Source: Raillietiella orientalis
Taxonomy: Eukaryota
DNA: 64,000 nucleotides
Assembly: GCA_036172245.1 (NCBI GenBank)
Contig: JAYWIR010000006.1
Coordinates: 5,084,001 to 5,148,000 of the forward strand
Direction: 5' to 3'
The position numbers and the translations under genes are program-made. The notes under the pieces are model-generated. The model saw only the letters and a list, made by a program, of their open reading frames with translations. It searched no databases and was not told the origin of the DNA. Of this stretch, positions 56,902 through 64,000 are shown piece after piece; position 1 is the first letter of the stretch; the number at the start of each line of letters is the position of its first letter.

Positions 56902-58398
56902 TCTTACACCTTGGTTCCCTGCTGAATATAAAACATCTACACTAACAAATGTTACAAAAACAAGATATTATCAGACTTACATTATCCCAAGGGGAATCAC
57001 TGCATTAATTGATATGGACAAATGAAACACAATTAAAATTTCCTACAAATTAAATCCCCAGTTATGAATTATTCCTTCTATATAAAATAAAACGGATATT
57101 GCAATATAATGATGACAAGAGGAATATTGTAAGAAAAGGAGTATTGTTAGAAATTGAATATTGTACTTACACTGGAGAGTCAACTTCCTTAACTTTTCCA
57201 CTGTCTTCAACAGTTCAGTTAGTAATAACAAAGACTAAACCTTTAAGCACTTGGTGACAATCTTACCTACCAAATTACATGCACATAAAATCAAGCATTA
57301 TTAGAGCATTTACAACCCCAAAATTTGATGACCCTGTGAAGACGTTACACGAAGAGTTCCACTTTTAGGCTCCTCCACTCATTCCAGGGAATCAATATCA
57401 TAAGTTTATCAGTACTGCTTGTTAGTGTTACAAAAAACTATTGGCTCAAAAATTGGTACAAAACACTTCAACGCAATCCCAAAACATAAGAAAACTAACC
57501 ACCTTTGAAAAGACTTTTCTGCAAATACTGCTTTATTAAGGATCTTTTTGAATTATCTTATGACTTTTGCATTCAACACATTTCAATTTATCAGTTACTT
57601 GTATGGTTATCTTCAAAATCAGCATTTTGCTTTTAAAATCTTAATGCATGTTTAATAAATAAATTTTTCTACAACAAGGAACCTCAAATAAAGATATACG
57701 ACTTGGAAATCCAAGCTAATATGTAATTTTCAGAATTTACTTCCTCGTGAAGGCACATCGCTTTCAAGAAAGCTGGAGACATCTTATGAGCATTCGAAAA
57801 TAGCGCAAAACAAGCATGCCAACTAAACTTTAATTGCATCTTGCCAGCTACCGGCTCATTCAAATGAATTAAATTGATTAAATGCAGTAAAATAAATGTA
57901 TTTGAGTAGACAGAATAACCTACAGAAATTTGTCTTAGGTCAGAACCTATAAACACTGAAACATCTCACTGTGTACGAAAGGACTGAGCTTATTTTCTTC
58001 AACATCTAAAACACAACTTCGAAATTAGTATTCTCTGAAGTCTAAGAGTTTCTGCTCTTACTCATGCTCCATTATTGTAGGAGCTTGTTTTTCTAATTTA
58101 TCGTGAGAGGAATCACCTCCTTATATGACATCCAAGAAACCAAATACTATAAGTGTTTCAAATAAATCTTCCGGTTGGAATTTATATGAATTTTTTTTTT
58201 TACTTTAACCATTTTAACTTGCGCTTTCTAGTTCTCTTTCTCCAATCATAAATACGTGTAGACTGAAAACATCAAAACCTCAAACAAACAATTTCTTAGT
58301 GAGACTTCTATAATGTCTACTTACAGTGTAGCTTTGCGCAGGAGCGATATCACTGCCCGAGAATTTCGAGTCGTTATTATTGCTAGTTGAAAACTTAC
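56902..58398 (-). ncRNA. Putative multi-micro-exon transcript (lncRNA, spliced 5' leader or small-ORF gene)
   Basis: Dense run of minus-strand GT-AG introns of 46, 62, 56, 50, 47, 40 or 66, 93, 47 and 59 nt with strong donors (gtaagt, gtaaga, gtgaga), separating 14-36 nt exons. No long ORF could be assembled. Confidence 0.45.
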
Positions 58399-61107
58399 AG
58401 TGTGTATTGGCATATTCATTGTCACAGCATTAGTTCGATTTTACTTCGAGCTTAATATCTCCAAAGACACATATATGTTTATTAATAATTGCTCAAATAA
58501 TGGATATGCAGAGATTGGAATGGGTTCCAAAATTAATTAAAATATGACTGATGAACCTTCTACAAACGTCTATAAATTTTGAAGCAGAAAGTTTACATAT
58601 TTTCAGTTCAGTCTTTTTCCGAATCAGATACTGGGTTCTCTGATTCAGGATGTCAGATGTCGGTGATAAGTTTACTTTGCCCTTAGAAATACATGCAAAT
58701 AAATACGATCCTGTAGCTGAACATTGAAAACTCATAATAGAAAAATAAAAGACCATTTGAACGTGCAAACAACTTTCTATTTGTGAGCAAGCTTCAAGCT
58801 GAAAACTTTTGAATTAAAGGATGCTAACGTTCAGTCTATTTTAATCACAATGCCTTCTTAATAATTCCAAAACAATATGAAGTTTGTTCCTTCGAAATGC
58901 ATATTCGATTCCTATGTATCCAAAAGTGCAATTTTTATTTTGGAAAATGGAGAGGACCTTAATTCTAAATATGATCACTAATATTTAGCAATCTTTAAAT
59001 ACTTGTTATCACCTTGTCATTGAAACAATCAAGTCAATGAAGCTATATTTTGGAAAGTCATTTCGAAGTCATAGAGCAAAATAGGAATACTTTGATAGAC
59101 TCATGAGTTTTACAGTCCATTAATTTCTTAAGGGTTATTATCAAGACAAGATGCCTTAACAATCATTATTACCACTGTTTTGGGGAGTTTGTTTGCATCG
59201 AGAAAAATCTGCTTTTCGAATTTCAGTTTCTCTTAATCTATTAAACAAGGAACCATTTAGGAAAATTAATGCACATCATTTAATAGTTGGTTAATTCTCA
59301 TGCATCAGCATTGTAACTTATCATGTGCTTAAAGGTTGGAGAATCAGAAAAAAGGAATGCAATAAAACGCAATCGTATATTTTAAAAGTTTACAAACTTC
59401 AGTAGAACTTTCATTTAGATTTATATTTCTTTCTTGTATTGGTTTATTGTTACTTTGCAGATTTCAGGAACGTCTCTAAACATAATTCTATCATTTAGGT
59501 TTCCATCTGCACCTACATTTACGGCTAAATTTCTGAAGAATCTTTAGTCAGTGATTGGAAAATCGCAATTGACATGAATCACATAAATTCTTATTAAAGC
59601 TTAATTGCTCCTGAATAAAATGCTTTTCACAATGAAATATAAAACAAACAATGCAATATTCAAGATTGAATAACCACAACAGAATAAAAACTTGTTATCC
59701 CAGTAACATGTTCAAGCACATTGGTGAAAAATACACTACCCAGAATTAATACGAGATAAGAAGATCCTGAATCGAAAACAATGTATATCACGTTTGATTT
59801 TAGTGTTATACATTTAAAAAAAGTACTATACTTGTACTTGAAGATTATATTTCTCCTCACATTCTCTTCTTCCTCCCATCCTTCCTTCCTCCTCCTCCTT
59901 TTTTCAATGAATACAAGGTCAATTTGTTTATGGTATAGAGCACATAATTTGTGGAATTCTATAAGTATTATCCATCTTACAAAAATTATCGTTTTTAACA
60001 TGAACGACTCTGTTATGTTGAACACGATCCCACGTTTGTTCATGTCTGGAAGCATGTGGAATAAACACTATGTGGTAGTTTAGCTTTTGTTTAGAGAAAA
60101 TCATTAAGTCCTGCGTAGTTTTTCTCTTCAGATGAACAGTTATGAAGGATTTAGCAAATCCCAATGATCATATCAAATGAATAAAATGGTGTAGGCGATG
60201 GAAAAGTTTTCATCAGTAGAAACAAATAGAAATCCTAATTACTATTAACGAAATATTTTGGAATCGTTTCAGATTACAGAAGTGTTACTTCAGTAAATGC
60301 ACGGTGGAAAGTAGGCAGTAAAACATACGATACTGTATGGAATAGTGCATTTAGAAAAATAATGAAAAAATGTATTGTGCACAATGCACTTTTCCCCAAT
60401 AATGAACCATAACAGGTCCTCCATCTAACTTCTAAACAATCTTTATAATAAAATGTGCCAAATTGTTATATATCTAGAATATGCAAAAGACACTGGAAGA
60501 TTCATGAAATGTTGGTCTTTAGATCGGAAAGCAACCTAAAGACGAGATATTTTGGGGGATATTTTGTTTAACCTGAGGGCAAAACCACTAAACGACTTTA
60601 TTTCATTTCTTTGCATTCATGGTGTACTTCTAATCCCTTCTTACAGACTACTTGACTTTATTCCTAGGCATCAGTTCCTTCTCTCCTATCAAAACTGCTA
60701 CCGTAAACAATATTTTTTTGAAAAAAAAAAAAACACATTCCCGCTGCAGTTTCGATTTCTCAGTTATATTCATGCTACATCCGTTTGTGGAATGTTGTCT
60801 CCTTTTAAGAGCCCACAGACTTCACTCTTTTCGGCAAAATATATGGCCTGGCTCCTTTTTATGAGGAAACTCGACGACGACGAAGAAAACGAAGCAACCT
60901 AAACAGCTGCAACCCGAATTTCGACATCCATAAGATGAGAGCAAATGATTGCGATATTCGGTATTAATTGTCATCATGGGGGGCATAGCAAGCTAGATAA
61001 ATATCCGGAAAGAAAATGATAAAACGGACAGATTAACTACATTCTGGTCATGTGATCATCCGTTCATGTGCATAGAGACTGATGATCTTCATGGTATAGC
61101 ACGCACA

Positions 61108-61163
61108 GTGGGAATCCTTTAAATTTTCATTATATCGATAATGAAAATTTTAATGGATTCCAC
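61108..61163. promoter_or_regulatory. Inverted repeat centred on a DRE-like TATCGATA
   Basis: Perfect 13-bp arms AAATTTTCATTAT / ATAATGAAAATTT around ATCG, extendable imperfectly to GTGGGAATCC..GGATTCCAC; TATCGATA at 61133-61140. Confidence 0.45.
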
Positions 61164-62123
61164 AAGAAAATCATAGCACTACCGAGAGACTAAATCGTGT
61201 CTCTGTTTCGTGAGTTGTCACTCTTCCATCTTTTCTGATTTTTACTCATGGACCCTTTTTTACATGAAAATCATTGTCTCTTTGCAGCAAAATTAACATC
61301 CATACATACAGTCCAAGCCCTTTGCATCGCTGAACTACAAAGGAAAGACTCTCAAAAAAGTTAAATTTGAACAAAAAGCAAAAGTGCCTTCACTGAAGAG
61401 TCCAGATAATTCCGAAGATGAGCACTTCAACATTTGAGATTATGAGAATTCATATCTTTTACTGATACTATTTTCTGCTTTTGGTACTAGTTTTCAACAT
61501 CAGGTTTCTGGCTCCATCCATTATATTCTCTCATTTACATGTGAAACCTTTGGGAAACTAAATGTGTTTTGCACAAGAGTGAAGATTAAAACACTTAAAC
61601 TTGACAATCAGTTTTATATATTTTCTTGGTAATCTTGACAATTCATTTAAGCTTACAAAATATTTCCATCACCACCAGGATTGACTTGCTTCTGCAATAC
61701 ATTAACTTCTAAGTCATCTCATCATCATGGCTAGCACAGCTAATGATAATTGCTTTTAGTCAATTAAAATTAACTAATGCACATTAAGGACAAAGATCAT
61801 GCAGAAAAGTTTTTCATTGAAGGTCTACATGCTTTCACAATGGCAGCCTGAAAAGCCAGTTGAACAACTTCACAGGTTTGACTCTTTGAGACTAGTTTCC
61901 ATTCTGCAAACATGAAATCATACTGTCATGTGCAAACAATAAGTAAATTTAAATAATGTCCAAAACAACACTTGTAAAATTCTGAAATGATGTGAAATAT
62001 GAATTATCCAGAACTTCTGCAGTTAAGTTTGAGATTATCTTCCTAGGGAATCCTGCTTGGTTATAAGCTTGTTGAATCAAAGAGCATTACTGATAATTTT
62101 GTACCAATTATTAAGAATCTCAT

Positions 62124-62129
62124 TTTATT
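62124..62129 (-). terminator. Probable polyadenylation signal of COPS5
   Basis: TTTATT on + about 25 nt past the stop codon. Confidence 0.6.
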
Positions 62130-62153
62130 TTACACTAAGTGGTGCAAAGGCTT

Positions 62154-64000
62154 TTAGTTGGTTGACACTGCAGATTTGCCTATTTGATTGAATAACTGAT
62201 CTTTGATTACTTGAGACATGAGTCCTTGGATCACTTCTATAGTAGTCTTGGAACTATCTTTGGTTGCTTTTGAGAGTTTATCTTCAGTACGCTTTTCATG
62301 GGGTTCAATACCCAAGATGTACCCACCCCTTCCAAGCTGGGTTTCTGACTGTTCTAGCTTATCTGACAAATCGAATATCTGCCCTGTTGTATAATCAGCA
62401 TTCTAAAATCAACAGCTCAGTGACAAATAACAAACAAAGCAGCAGTACCGTCAGCAAGCTAGATGAGCTGAGTGTATTCACCCAGTATTTGTTCCACAGT
62501 GAATCCAGCAGTTTGCGGTCCAATGCAGATTTGAAGTATGTCACATCTAGAGAATAATACTGCTTGCAATGCACTCCAAAATCTTCTATTTTGTTTAATG
62601 GGATAGTCTGATATTCTGAAGGACCTTCGTCTGGAGGCTTGTACCCCTGAAACATACAAGAACTAGAAGAGTTTAACATACACTTATTTACCTTGGGATA
62701 AGTACGAAAAGCACCTAGATTGACCTTTCCAGCTGATATGGTTCGCACAGGATCAATGACAATTGCCACAAATGGCTCCTGGAAACTCTGATTAAGCAAC
62801 TGGGTCGAGACATCAATTCCAGATAACCAACAACCATAACCAGGGTGGCTATGATACCATCCAATGGCATTCTCAAGTCGTTTGACCTTGTGTTAAGTAA
62901 AAATTAAACTTATATTTTGAAAGTATAAACAAAGTTAACAGAAATATTATGGGGCATGAAACAAAGGTCATTCAGCTATTCTGAGTTAACCCAAGCTAAT
63001 AGCAGACAATACAACATATTGTCAAAAACCACGAATTAATTGAATTATTTGGATAGTACACCATGCAGCTCTGCAAAATCGCATTCTTGAAACCAATGAA
63101 CAATTGGGTTCCCAAATCATGCTGCTATACTTCTGCACACTTTGTAAACAATAAAACAACAGTTTCTATAATCGTGGAGATAGCTAACAGATTCCATTGA
63201 ATGGACATTTAATTTCTACTTATTTCAACAAAGCTGTATTGTGCATAAGATACCTAAAATACTATATACCTGTTTGCCAGCTTCAATGTATGCTGTCATA
63301 TATTCATAGGCTTGAGCTTGAGCATTGACTCTTGTTTCAGTGCCTTCAACAGGCAACGCAAAGGAATCCATGACAATCATTGTGTTACCATCGACTTTTC
63401 CTAGTAGTAACCCCATTACTTCCAAAGTTCCTCCAGATCTTGCATGCATCACCATTTTTAATAATGCTAATGCAGATATTTTGATGTCTTTAAAAAAGTG
63501 TGCACTGAAATATTGTGCTCAAGTTACTGAAAAGCATTTCAAAATTGTTGATGTAAGTTTTCCGGAATGGCCACTTTTCCTTTCAAACTTAGTATTTGGT
63601 TAAACTAAGACTAAGATGTAGTGGCAAATCATGTCAATGATTACAGAAAAACAACTATTTATATTGTAATCTAATTCTCATGAGTCTATTCTGTGGAGCA
63701 CTCCAAGAAAAAAATGGTTCTAAATAAACTGGCCTTTCATACAACCAAAGTGCAAATACGACAATCCATTTTCACATTTCATTTTACTTTATCCCCCCTA
63801 CAGTAATCCAATAATTATTAATAAATACAATGAAATCTTAATGAATTCTCACGGATATACGTACTCTTTTTCCCAAGGTTTGGCAGCCAAAATATCCTGC
63901 TGCTGCTTACGATCATATTTATAAATTTCGTCGGGATTTTGAAATGATTCAACACTGTTTGCAAGCTCCCAAGTTTTTTGGGCTATTCTCGTCTGACTTT
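62154..64000 (-). CDS. COPS5: COP9 signalosome subunit 5 (CSN5/JAB1), JAMM deneddylase; start codon lies just beyond the window end
   Basis: Exons >64000-63865, 63504-63270, 62886-62692, 62646-62449, 62402-62154, phase-consistent. [53 protein letters not shown]; intact JAMM motif [50 protein letters not shown]. Confidence 0.98.

Overview
Eukaryotic, almost certainly arthropod, genomic DNA; no prokaryotic features. Two AT-rich flanks (about 1-12.5 kb and 55-64 kb) carry compact housekeeping genes with very short introns (mostly 43-53 nt): AGGF1 (+), IGBP1/alpha4/Tap42 (-) and COPS5/CSN5 (-, start codon just outside the window). Between them lies a roughly 42-kb GC- and CpG-rich domain holding a complete 3-exon Pitx (K50 paired-class homeobox + OAR) gene on the - strand and about 34 kb of upstream DNA with no recognisable gene. 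That upstream DNA contains decayed retroelement relics and two clusters of an extended K50-type motif GC(C/T)(G/C)TAATCC. At the right edge of the GC domain is an unrecognised spliced coiled-coil gene bracketed by ~113-bp direct repeats that each contain a polyA signal. Upstream of it is a run of minus-strand micro-exons that I could not assemble into a long ORF. Most long ORFs in the GC-rich part of the track are compositional artefacts. All models were derived by eye, with no database searches.
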